From contig AE017150.2 of the NCBI GenBank assembly GCA_000002445.1, forward strand, positions 864,001-928,000: 64,000 nt of DNA, written 5' to 3'. Origin of the DNA: Trypanosoma brucei. Lineage: Eukaryota. Shown here in pieces: positions 11,101 to 20,007 of this stretch (positions within the stretch are counted from its first letter, which is position 1; every line of letters starts with the position of its first letter). Position numbers and translations under genes: made by a program. Under the pieces are notes generated by a model. That model saw only the letters and a list, made by a program, of their open reading frames with translations. It ran no database searches and was not told the origin of the DNA.

Positions 11101-12462
11101 ACAGCCGACGGCGGGCGCGCTCCGCTCCAGGGCGTTAAGGTGGGCAACACAACGCGACAGGAGAGAGGATGTTTTCTCTTTCGCATACGCGTTAACGTCT
11201 GGGGCGGTCTCACCAACGTGTCCAACTGTCATGAGAGTGTAGGCGTCAAGCAACAACACTTCTCTGTACACCAAGGGCCCAAATCGCCCTGCTGCGGCAG
11301 AGACAAGCGGAGATTCCAGGCCAGCGACGTCATCCCCCCGCACGGAAGCGTGAGAAGCAGATACCAGGGCACTGTGAAGAAGTAAAATTGGTAGTACGCG
11401 GCCGTGGCGACGGAATGAACAAATGGTACGGCGAAGCGACTGCAACGCGCCGACCTTCGTGCGAGTTCCTACGTCCGTACGGGCAAGCACAAAGTGCGCG
11501 TAACGCACCATCTCAAAAAGAAGCAAGCGCCAAAAAGGGGAAAAGCGCTCTGCCTCCGAAGGAATACAGGAAATTGGTAAAATATTTTGTAACGATAAAA
11601 GCAGTCTCTCTTCTCTCTCGTTCTCACCAAACAGGCACCCATCCAATGCATCCAGCTCTGAGCCGTCATTCGGGAATTGGAAAAGATAACCAGTTGGGGC
11701 CCGGCACACTTCCACCGTTGCGGACTCTAGCAACTCGGTATTTTCAACGTCAGGGCTCACCGCGCACCGCCACAACAACCACAGCACCCCTCCGTGTGCA
11801 CCACGTTTCACCAACAGCTGCATGCTCTTCCGCAAAGGACCTCCAGTGGTGTCCTCAGCTGCAGCAGCACAGGCAAGTGGCAAAAGAAGGTGCACACTCA
11901 AAATATTATCTTGCCGCAACCAGTATGTAAAAATTGTTGTTGCACAATCCCACGTTTCTTGCACTGTCCAGAAGAACTCGTACTTCTTTTCACTCCGTTC
12001 CGCATGCCAACCGCGGCCTAACCGGCATCCACCAACCATGTCCCTCACGAACAGAGCATACTCCCTTTGCACGCCACAGAGAAGCCGCCAGGATCCCCCC
12101 TCCTCTGAAGTAGCGGTGGCTTTATGACGAGTATTTTCCTCACCACCCGGAACCAAAGGAAATGGGGGAGGAGTGTCTAAAAGACCCGCCACAGCGCTTG
12201 CGCCCAGCCCTGTCGCGACTATAATGTCACACAATATTCCCTCGCGTATAAGCGAACGCAGCGGCAGGGAGTTGTACAAAAAGAAAGAAACCGACAGTGC
12301 TGCGTCCGACCGACCCTTCGTCACGTGAAACAACTCGCTGAACAAGTGCGACTTCAGGGAGGGTTTGCTACCCTCAGGGTTAAAGGCGATGCCATACTCT
12401 ACCGGCACAACACAACGCGCGTGCGCAACAGCACTCTGCCGGATAAAAGGTGGCTTCAGCAT
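8188..12462 (-). CDS. large protein (1424 aa) with at least 7 RanBP2-type zinc fingers in its C-terminal half
   Basis: Repeated W-x-C-x2-C-x3-N-x6-C-x2-C motifs, for example WRCRSCTRWNRRGASTCQYCG, WRCGRCSHTNEPQHLFYCARCA, FDCRVCGRHNPLGMLRPWCSLCG, WRCVECHTACPWLLTHCHGCG, WATRQCTRCGATCPAWSVVCRSC and YTSCPHCGSLYDGKEAVACPTCH. The N-terminal ~700 aa show no recognisable domain. Confidence 0.65.
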   Translation of the reverse strand: MLKPPFIRQSAVAHARCVVPVEYGIAFNPEGSKPSLKSHLFSELFHVTKGRSDAALSVSFFLYNSLPLRSLIREGILCDIIVATGLGASAVAGLLDTPPPFPLVPGGEENTRHKATATSEEGGSWRLLCGVQREYALFVRDMVGGCRLGRGWHAERSEKKYEFFWTVQETWDCATTIFTYWLRQDNILSVHLLLPLACAAAAEDTTGGPLRKSMQLLVKRGAHGGVLWLLWRCAVSPDVENTELLESATVEVCRAPTGYLFQFPNDGSELDALDGCLFGENEREERLLLSLQNILPISCIPSEAERFSPFWRLLLFEMVRYAHFVLARTDVGTRTKVGALQSLRRTICSFRRHGRVLPILLLHSALVSASHASVRGDDVAGLESPLVSAAAGRFGPLVYREVLLLDAYTLMTVGHVGETAPDVNAYAKEKTSSLLSRCVAHLNALERSAPAVGCDRDAIGLHRGARAVVDRRLREAIRISFKLFLRCGAYEIIERHLHDCPSLGGSWEGGKALVLLGRYSEAVEVFTHFLLGARRHFAAGLPHYIRDLMLEAVEGASRRYCSESGFEEALVGMFRLYDLTRAWKFPIPPAVAFSAVAHGCAGANDSHLGYATPYECLQLLHALLHRHTSVETYRRDGLLSKVVELYVRLLGECRSGEATSDHFCLLSLLDRAHPGLGARRMALQHFLSLGFVEGISVVLLDVVGAPRCPVTHLSPLHEMPLASLESLNHRVTTTEMGEHTDKVLKAVQSALEFRRYVGRQRQPWRCRSCTRWNRRGASTCQYCGTLELAVIQCRGCGGFSPSNFPICLVCGAETLERGAGVGCDALPLDGCTIFPLRRWRCGRCSHTNEPQHLFYCARCASPQPTMEEAMARTAFDCRVCGRHNPLGMLRPWCSLCGTLCTAAASGPPKTLWRCVECHTACPWLLTHCHGCGATKSASFTRLDTPWATRQCTRCGATCPAWSVVCRSCEDVLEPTERDPGRRDIDFTEGGVEPAYTSCPHCGSLYDGKEAVACPTCHAPRPHTACTLWVCLKNNCLGVNLRKGSGEGLLACLHCGAAHDAVAVATYYTNPLRYREIRSCTDMHPSAAEQKVGGAAVASDLHHTVKEVEDISGSGNHPAGDGDGVSPGGAEVCLPTALLFPLPLGPSPCASCGTFLHLENLAGVCPACNHCNQRRSLPSSVWPAEQEIVHRLRLKIVLNAVRRAAHGELSPSTALKLLRSAVAALQRAEEAALPWRGCDLSRGLRCGIRPRVPVLEDGTVHSAVRSVAEIIQLACLLALEGKPNNVVDGVPVVSWAHKRPWVAIALDLVDLMNLTTDYDELGFEVLSQLCELVRPMQKAHIYRETRWAYLRYMKLPRQWIVNDVVCPACLHRKAVPRESRVVTEVVGTNMNDICKCKRHTTANSAANSGGSKCTTAAGGLLPLHE

Positions 12463-12705
12463 CCATCAGTCACTCTTCCTCTTCCTCCTCCTCCCACGGC
12501 ACAGAAATTAACAGCTGCAACAAGGTAACAAAAAAGCAAAAAAAAGGAAATGAACGATACCACCACAGAAAAAAGGCGGAGGCGGGAATTATAGTGAGCT
12601 CTCCGCCAGCGAACAACAGCCGTGGAATATGTGCTTAGGTGCAAACAAGTGAGCCACAAAACGGGCAGCAAAACTGTCACAAACAGCGAGAACGCCTGGT
12701 AAACA

Positions 12706-13002
12706 TCACACCTCGGTGCCCCGTCCAAACGCGCTCCGGTGCAGCGCATCTACAATATCATGTACGTAAGCGGCCCTGTTGTTCGTAACGCGCAGTCGTT
12801 CTACAGGCTCAAAGTACGGCACCAGTATCTCCTGTCTAAGAAGTTGTAGTGTGCGCTGCAGAACTTCCACCCGTGTCTCTGAAGGAAGCTGACGAGAAAC
12901 ACCATCCGTTGTCATCGCGCCTACAGCGGCGGTGCGGGCTGCGGAAGATGCTGTCTCGCTTGTATTCATAAAGTCCATCAACTTCACGACGACGAAAGGC
13001 AC
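12706..13002 (-). CDS. small hypothetical protein (about 90-98 aa)
   Basis: Short ORF in PTU orientation between two genes. No motif recognised. Confidence 0.25.
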   Translation of the reverse strand: MPFVVVKLMDFMNTSETASSAARTAAVGAMTTDGVSRQLPSETRVEVLQRTLQLLRQEILVPYFEPVERLRVTNNRAAYVHDIVDALHRSAFGRGTEV

Positions 13003-13243
13003 GGCGGCCCTAGACTAGTGTTGAGCATTATGGAAAAGAAAAGGGTTACGGCAAAATCCGTGCATAGGGACAGAAGGGGGAAATGGGCGCAAAGAAACAA
13101 GATAAACCGAGCAAACATGTTGCAACCACTTTGTGATGGGATGTTACGTGTACCATCTTCGAATAGGCCAGGAACGGCATTCGTTTCCACTAGTGGGGGC
13201 CGAGTCCCCTTAAAGCAACTTTACTCCGTTATCGTGCGCGCTG

Positions 13244-15046
13244 TCACACTCCTTGATCATTTGGAGACGCTACTGCAGAACCTGTTGGACTTGGGGGACG
13301 GAAAAGCAAACCCTGCAAAATATCACCCAGCAATTTTATGCCGTCCACTGTCCTAGCGGCTTCCTCGGCACGGGTAGCGATGACATCCTGTCCAGCCTCC
13401 CTTGCTACTGAGGCCACATCTAAGAGAAGTAAGAGCACAGCCGCATCCATAATCGACCGGTCGGCTAGCCGACAGCAATGCAACGGCAATCGTACGTCAC
13501 TACCCGTCCCACTTCCAGGAGAGCACACCACCTCAGGTGACAGAACAGGCCGTCGCAGTACGTAGCTGCGCCCACCACACACTAAGAGCGGATGTGGGAG
13601 AGTACAACCGTAAAGAGTGGACAACGCAACCACGAGATGCGCCGCGCAACCAAGAGAGAGACCCCATTCCTGCAGCAACTCGGTTGACACCCCCTCTGAC
13701 TGGTTGAGTGTTGGCAAGCGGAACCCGCATATACTATACCCAGTGCCGGCCGCCGTGGTGTGGAGAGAGTTACCAGCGCAGCGGATGGGGAACAGCTCCC
13801 GCAACTCCACCACCCTGTAGTACCTCGCCCGCCCAAGCTGTGTGCGAAGGGAGGCATGTTTTCGCTCCTGCTCCTGCACCGTGCTGATGGACAGTTCCTG
13901 TTCCATCCTTTCCTGATCCAACTTTTGCTCTACCGTTTCCAGTTGCGTGTATAGTGACAGTGCGGCCCTCCGTTCATCCGCATATTCTCTACGCAGCTTC
14001 TCCAAGGACAGAAGTTCATATCGCTGCCTCTCGCGGGCACTCTCCAAGCGCGCCTTCAGCACGGCATGCTGCGCCCCCACCACCGCACCCTCTCCTCCCA
14101 AATAGCCGTACTTATCAGCCTTGTCCATGAGTGCCTTCTGCAATTTAGCCCTTGCTGAGCCGAATTCGTTCAAATAGACCCACGCCAAAGTGCCTGTCGA
14201 ACAGGCCTTCAGGTCTCCGACCGACATATTCTTCAAACTGTCAATACGTCGCAGCAGCGCGCCGTTGCGGGTCTCGTTATGAGATGAGGTCACCGAGCCA
14301 CCAGCTCCCCATGCAGTTGGCGCCGCCATTTTGAACAGTGATATTTGTGCTTCCGCAGAGTCCTCCCGCTCCGCACACATGCCTTGGTGTAGCGGAAAGA
14401 AAACACCATCGCTACACCGCAGTAACAAGACAAAAGAATGCAACCCATTGTCCACATGACAGGGCAGTTGCGGTAACTCATCCGCGGCTGTCATGCTCGG
14501 TGCTACAAACTGTACATGGGACGTCTCCACCAACATCTCGTACAGAAGCAAATCCGTATCAGGTGCCGGTCGTGGATCTTTCAGATGTGTTGTGCAGGAG
14601 TACAGAGAAAAGATAAACTTCGTCAGACTTGCGAATTGCATCCGCACCGATTCCGGAATATGCTGCCACACCGGATGCTGAGTATCACACTGAACCTCAC
14701 TCATGTAAATGCAGCGACCCCCATCGGTGGAAGCCCTCTCAGCGACACCCGCATCAACAGCGGCCTCTGAACCTCTTTGGTTTGTGGTCTTCGGAGCAGA
14801 ACTAATAACAAAATAAGATGATATACATCGCCGATCATTCTCCTGGGCTTCTTTGCTTTCGCCATGTGCCCCCGGTTCATCTCCGGCGTTTTTTAGCGGT
14901 AGGTTGCGGGCGTAGATATGCAATATGTGCCGAAAACAGCGAAGCTCAGGTGGAACCACCGAACACGTCATGATGTTCAGTGGTACAGAGCAGGCAACAC
15001 AAACTACGAAAACAAACAAGAGATAACTGTCCAGTTTGTCCCCCAC
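13244..15046 (-). CDS. Beclin-1/Atg6/UVRAG-family-like protein (coiled coil followed by a BARA-like domain); putative PI3K complex subunit
   Basis: There is a central coiled coil (LESARERQRYELLSLEKLRREYADERRAALSLYTQLETVEQKLDQERMEQE). It is followed by ...YSICGFRLPTLNQSEGVSTELLQEWGLSLGCAAHLVVALSTLYGCTLPHPLLVCGGRSYV. This resembles the Beclin BARA signature [33 protein letters not shown]...YRLVPYGNHSY. Confidence 0.4.
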   Translation of the reverse strand: MGDKLDSYLLFVFVVCVACSVPLNIMTCSVVPPELRCFRHILHIYARNLPLKNAGDEPGAHGESKEAQENDRRCISSYFVISSAPKTTNQRGSEAAVDAGVAERASTDGGRCIYMSEVQCDTQHPVWQHIPESVRMQFASLTKFIFSLYSCTTHLKDPRPAPDTDLLLYEMLVETSHVQFVAPSMTAADELPQLPCHVDNGLHSFVLLLRCSDGVFFPLHQGMCAEREDSAEAQISLFKMAAPTAWGAGGSVTSSHNETRNGALLRRIDSLKNMSVGDLKACSTGTLAWVYLNEFGSARAKLQKALMDKADKYGYLGGEGAVVGAQHAVLKARLESARERQRYELLSLEKLRREYADERRAALSLYTQLETVEQKLDQERMEQELSISTVQEQERKHASLRTQLGRARYYRVVELRELFPIRCAGNSLHTTAAGTGYSICGFRLPTLNQSEGVSTELLQEWGLSLGCAAHLVVALSTLYGCTLPHPLLVCGGRSYVLRRPVLSPEVVCSPGSGTGSDVRLPLHCCRLADRSIMDAAVLLLLLDVASVAREAGQDVIATRAEEAARTVDGIKLLGDILQGLLFRPPSPTGSAVASPNDQGV

Positions 15047-15547
15047 TTACACGCCTCCCTGAGTGGGACAATGTGCCCCCTCCCTCCTTACTTCTGCCTT
15101 AGTTTTGCTTCTCCCCTTAATTACGTTTTCGGCCCTCGTACTATCCCTACGAGGGGAAGACGAATAGCTAAAATATATAAAAGTGAAAAGAAAATTATAC
15201 AAATGAGTCACGGAAAGCCATGCAAACAAAGAGGATGGCGTGACCGAGCACTGAGCAACAGGGTGCAACAACAAGAAGCGAACATAAGCAGAAGATGAAT
15301 ACGGTGAGTGATCTGGTGAGGCGAGAGAAGGAGACACAAAAGCGGAAGAGGTGGTACGTTCATAAACATCACATGAACAGTACCCCTTTGCCATTCAGTC
15401 CCCACTCAGCGTCACCGTCACTGCCGTCGATATATTTCCGCACTTATCTCTCTTATTGGTTCCCGCTACTAGCTCCCAGCTTTTATCCCCACCTTCGTTA
15501 CTTCTCAACAAGGTCCTTCACACTCAAACCCTCGCCGAACTTGTCCC

Positions 15548-16387
15548 TTAACGATTGCCGGTGGCTGCTGCACGCGAGAATCCTTCACAAAGGCGGGAGC
15601 ACATGACATGTGCTGTCATCGGGTAGGCGCTGAGACAAACCTGCTGCGTGACATAATCCACCCCATCGAGACTTCCATCCTCAGAGCAACAAATGCAGAA
15701 AAAGCCCGCGACTCCCTTCAAGCCACCCTGCAGCTTGTCATCCACGGGGTTTTCCAGAGCTGCGCGAGCCAACTGCGTGGGGGTGCGAACAGGCGCACTA
15801 TGGGCGTTGGTAAGTCCAATTACTTCTGCGCCATACGGAAGAACTGGGGCAAGCGAGCCAGGGAGTACTTGAAGCAAAACTTCGCCATCTTGCGACCGGA
15901 CTACACCATCGCGTAATAGCGCCGCCACGAGACCCTTGAACCTGCGAAGCGTACGTGGTGGACGCAGTGAAGGGGAAACCTCAACAGTGCGGCCTCCACG
16001 GGAAAATAGGTTGATGAACACGCGTAACTGGCGTTGCTCTTGGGCAAGGCCAGAGTCAAACAGAGCGAGAAGACATTGATGAACGATATCTGGTCGCACG
16101 TCGCGCAGTGAAGCATTCGCAATGGTAGTTGACCCCGCGCGATCGTACGCGTCCACAACGCCCTCGCGCCCAAGCAGTAGTCCAGCTTTTTCGAGTATAA
16201 CAACGACGGAGGGGCAACTAACAGCGGAAGCTCCCGATCCTCTTGTGGATAGTCCACGGCACAAAGGACGGTACAAACTGCTAACTGGAGAAGCGTTGTC
16301 CTCAACTCGCTTTCGTTTCGCCCCTACATGCATCCTAGAACTGAACTGTTGGCCACGTCGATTCAAAAGCGTGTGCGAGGGGGGCAT
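15548..16387 (-). CDS. EMG1: ribosomal RNA small-subunit methyltransferase NEP1/EMG1
   Basis: VVVILEKAGLLLGREG ... RPDIVHQCLLALFDSGLAQEQRQLRVFINLFSRGGRTVEVSPSLRPPRTLRRFKGLVAALL ... SAYPMTAHVMCSRLCEGFSRAA. This matches the conserved Nep1 blocks RLIVVLExASLE, RPDITHQCLL, IPRTFxRFxGLM and LSxxAAxxCxKLxxAxE. Confidence 0.8.
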   Translation of the reverse strand: MPPSHTLLNRRGQQFSSRMHVGAKRKRVEDNASPVSSLYRPLCRGLSTRGSGASAVSCPSVVVILEKAGLLLGREGVVDAYDRAGSTTIANASLRDVRPDIVHQCLLALFDSGLAQEQRQLRVFINLFSRGGRTVEVSPSLRPPRTLRRFKGLVAALLRDGVVRSQDGEVLLQVLPGSLAPVLPYGAEVIGLTNAHSAPVRTPTQLARAALENPVDDKLQGGLKGVAGFFCICCSEDGSLDGVDYVTQQVCLSAYPMTAHVMCSRLCEGFSRAAATGNR

Positions 16388-16787
16388 ACGGCTTCAGGAC
16401 TCTTACTCGTACTCGTACTGGCTCCAGGTGCACAAAAACAAAGAACACGGCACGGGGGAAACAGGTGTACTTAACAGTTAGTTAAGTAAAACAAAGACAG
16501 TACAAGGGGGAAAAGCACACAATGTTCGCGTTGTAACACTTCATCGCACAATGCAATAAAGCACATGATACAAGAGAAAGCCAGGTCAAACACGTGGCAA
16601 GAGCGAAGCAAACAAAAAAAAAACACCACCGCATTGGCTCTTCGAATCTACGAAACGCAACATTTGACAGTACTTAGAGCCGCCAATCATATCACGTCAC
16701 TCTCATGACTTGTGCATTTGCGCCCGCTCGATCCCCCACCTCTTGCGCCCGCCATTTTCCCCCACTCGCTCACTCAGTAAAGGAATA

Positions 16788-19433
16788 TCAAAACGGTCCG
16801 GAGGGCCCCTCTGACGAGACAAATCTCCCCTGTCCGTTGCTCTTGATATCGGGGCGGAGCATCACAGCAGCAGCTGCAACAAGTTGCTCCACACGGGTCA
16901 ATGTCTCTGTTTCCTCTCGCGTCAACGAACGGCCAACTGACTCCTGCGACTCCAAAAACAACCGAAGAGTCTCCTCACACTTCTGCAGTGGAAGAAGAAG
17001 TCTGCCGGGGGTACTCTGCGAAGAACAGTGGGAAGAATCACTTGACGCATCCACAGTGAGCTGCGATCCCTGTGAACCCCCTTTGATTGCCTTTGTTTCT
17101 GAAGTTGGAACCCGACCCAAGTGGGGAAAAAGCATTTGCCAGACGGTAACTTGTGGCGCCAATAAGGCCTCGCATGAGTGCATGGTCACGTCGCCACCAG
17201 TAGTAAGCCCCTTCCCTTCCAGAATCTGACGGAGTGCCGTAGCGACAGAGCCCCCAGGACACAACTCCGCCACCGGTACCGAGGTTTCGCGCTGCGCAAA
17301 AAGGTACAAACACACCGCCGCGTGGTAGCGCAAGATCCCCTCCACACACTGAGACCTGTCGGCTGGCTCTCCGCTGAGCCTACTACCATGTAAGTCGCTT
17401 CCGGATTCCAAGGGTTTGAAGCTTATCTGCACCAGGCGGTGCAACAGTGTGCTATAGGCTGAATCACCACACTGTAAAAGTCCTGCAACAGCAACAATCT
17501 CCGCAGCTACAAATCGTGCACACACGCGAACATCATCCGACGAGTCAGCTGAGTTGTAAAGCGCCTCAATAGCACGCGTGGCAACAGAGAACAAGGGCAC
17601 CACGTTGATGCTACGTGAACCGCTCGTGTGGTTGCACTGCCGCAAAATTTCAACAAGCTTTCCTGGGACCGATGTTAGAACCATGCACAGACGTTGTTTC
17701 TGATCCCCTTCATTGTGTGAAAAAGCGGATTGAAGCTCGTCATGGAGAGCCGAAACAGCCGTTCCCGGTGGAGTCGCTGACACCGCTGCACCCGCTGCGC
17801 GCTCATTACCGCTGAGCACCAGCATCTCCTCCCACCACCACTGATACACACGCGACTGGTGGTACAGTATGCTTACCATGCGATGAAACGTCGGACCTTC
17901 CGGAGGCACGGATCCAACCGTAGAGTCGTTCCTTGTGCCAGTGAGCACCTCAGGCGGGACTCGCAACAGGCGGCATATCTCCGCTGTAAGGACGGCTAGT
18001 AGATTGAGAAATCTGCGCAGAGTCTCCACTTTATCATGCTGCAGAGTATGTGATCTGCGCAGAGCACATAGCTGTCCCTCGCCTAGGAGCAGCAGCTCTT
18101 CCCCCAAGGTTCGACGCAAAGCGCCAGGAAGAGCGTGTAGCGCCGCCTCCCACACCAACAGCACCCGAGCGGCGCTAGTATCGTTTGGTACAAGAAGCGC
18201 GGCAAGCAAAATACTGAAAACCCGAAAGCGCTGTAGCACACCGCACATGAAGCCACTCCCATTCTTTTCGAGGTTTCCGTCCTGCTGATCCAACTGCACG
18301 CTCCTTCGAACGGTACTACGCAGCAGCAACATGAGCTGTGCCCCAAGGTCAAGCTCCTGTGACGACTCCATCGCTTCCACCTCATGCCCCCGACCTGCGT
18401 AGTACACCTCCCGTGGGAGCTCCTTTGCGAGCTGTGAGACGCGTTTGTGCAGTGCACATGCCCCACTATCTTGCTCAACAAGGACAACTGTCATGTCTGG
18501 TAGCCACAAGAGCGAAACCTCCAACAACCGCTCTAGAGAAGCTGGCTTCTCCAACAACGGCACCATCGAACGCGCCATCGCCAACATGGCCGTCATTGCT
18601 GCCACCGCCGTTATAGAATCAACGTCCACCTCATCTCCCAACGATGTCGCTACCTCCGAAGGAGCAGTTCTCAGACACTTCACAAGCAACGGCGACCAGC
18701 CCCCATCCTCCCCAACCTGCTGTTCACCCAGTGTTCCCCCTAAAGCTCCGAGTGTGCCAAGCAGCCGCACCCCAACTTGTTTCTGCAGTTGTTGCGCAGC
18801 CTCCCCATTCTCGGTAGTAACAAGTGTGAAGACGGTCGTGATATGAAGATCCAATATCGAGTTAACAAATGCTTCATCCCGCACCGCAAACGACGGATGC
18901 TTCCTCACGGTCGAAACAAGGTATGAGGCCACGAAGGTTGTGAGTTTAATTTGTTTCGGATCAGACCAGTCGTGCGAAAAAATGTGGTGCTGTAGTTGCG
19001 AGAGCATGAAGTGTAGAATTTTGCAGTAAAGGCCCGCGGTAACATCTTTCAGGGCGGCAACTGAAAGCAGGAGTTTCCATGCAGTGTTCAGTAGCGACAT
19101 GCTGTGGGAACCGCCAACAGAGTTACACAACTGCAGCAGTTCCGGAACAGCTTGCTTATGATGCAAAAGGACTGCGTTTTCATCGAGAGTCCGTATAGAG
19201 TCCGCCTTCCCGGATGACAAAGCCGTCCGGAGGGCGTTAAGTGTGCCTTCCTCACTACCATGTTCCTGTGTCATGAAAACAATCCTTATTGTTGATGAAG
19301 GTATGTATATATTTCTACGTAGACGCGTACGCAAGAATGTCCTTCTGCCCAAAACTCCCCTAGTAAATGCACAAAACGCACACATGTGTACAAACCCAGT
19401 AATTACAGCAAGGGGAAAAGGTAAGCGATTCAA
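16788..19433 (-). CDS. hypothetical large protein (about 830-880 aa; likely helical-repeat)
   Basis: 881-aa ORF in PTU orientation. The true start is probably MTQEHGSEEG at about 19274, because the first 53 codons are odd. No domain recognised. Confidence 0.45.
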   Translation of the reverse strand: MNRLPFPLAVITGFVHMCAFCAFTRGVLGRRTFLRTRLRRNIYIPSSTIRIVFMTQEHGSEEGTLNALRTALSSGKADSIRTLDENAVLLHHKQAVPELLQLCNSVGGSHSMSLLNTAWKLLLSVAALKDVTAGLYCKILHFMLSQLQHHIFSHDWSDPKQIKLTTFVASYLVSTVRKHPSFAVRDEAFVNSILDLHITTVFTLVTTENGEAAQQLQKQVGVRLLGTLGALGGTLGEQQVGEDGGWSPLLVKCLRTAPSEVATSLGDEVDVDSITAVAAMTAMLAMARSMVPLLEKPASLERLLEVSLLWLPDMTVVLVEQDSGACALHKRVSQLAKELPREVYYAGRGHEVEAMESSQELDLGAQLMLLLRSTVRRSVQLDQQDGNLEKNGSGFMCGVLQRFRVFSILLAALLVPNDTSAARVLLVWEAALHALPGALRRTLGEELLLLGEGQLCALRRSHTLQHDKVETLRRFLNLLAVLTAEICRLLRVPPEVLTGTRNDSTVGSVPPEGPTFHRMVSILYHQSRVYQWWWEEMLVLSGNERAAGAAVSATPPGTAVSALHDELQSAFSHNEGDQKQRLCMVLTSVPGKLVEILRQCNHTSGSRSINVVPLFSVATRAIEALYNSADSSDDVRVCARFVAAEIVAVAGLLQCGDSAYSTLLHRLVQISFKPLESGSDLHGSRLSGEPADRSQCVEGILRYHAAVCLYLFAQRETSVPVAELCPGGSVATALRQILEGKGLTTGGDVTMHSCEALLAPQVTVWQMLFPHLGRVPTSETKAIKGGSQGSQLTVDASSDSSHCSSQSTPGRLLLPLQKCEETLRLFLESQESVGRSLTREETETLTRVEQLVAAAAVMLRPDIKSNGQGRFVSSEGPSGPF

Positions 19434-20007
19434 CGAGCGGAAGATAGTTCATACAGAATCATCGTGCTTGTACCTCATCGGCCAAGCACCGGGAGTTGCA
19501 TAAATCGCAACAAACAGTCACACAGCGCTGTAGGGAAGGCGTGGGGGGGAGGGTAAGGAGCTTTCTAAAAAATTAAAACAGAAACGAGATGAGGCTCCAC
19601 TTCCGGTCGGCCATCACAATTCATCGGCTACTATGATTTTGCAGCTGTCTATAGTTTCGTGCCCCGAATGGAGGGACATGGTCATGCGTCCAAAACATTA
19701 AGAAAGGTATAACTAGATAACGATCAACACCACGCCCTTATGTACAAAGAACATATCTATGGTGACGGCTTTCAAAAAAGCACTCCGTGTATTAACACGA
19801 ACCACTCTTTTCCGCCGACTCCAGAGGTGGGCACCACCCGTTTTCGTTTTGTTGCTTCTATCCCCTTGTAACGAACTGGCGTTCACATGCAAGTCCTTTT
19901 TGCATCTATCTACTCTATTCGTTTAGCAGCGTGCTGACGGCTGTACGAACATATAAACAGACCGAAATGACGATAACAACAGCACTGAGTATACACAAAT
20001 ATATTCC

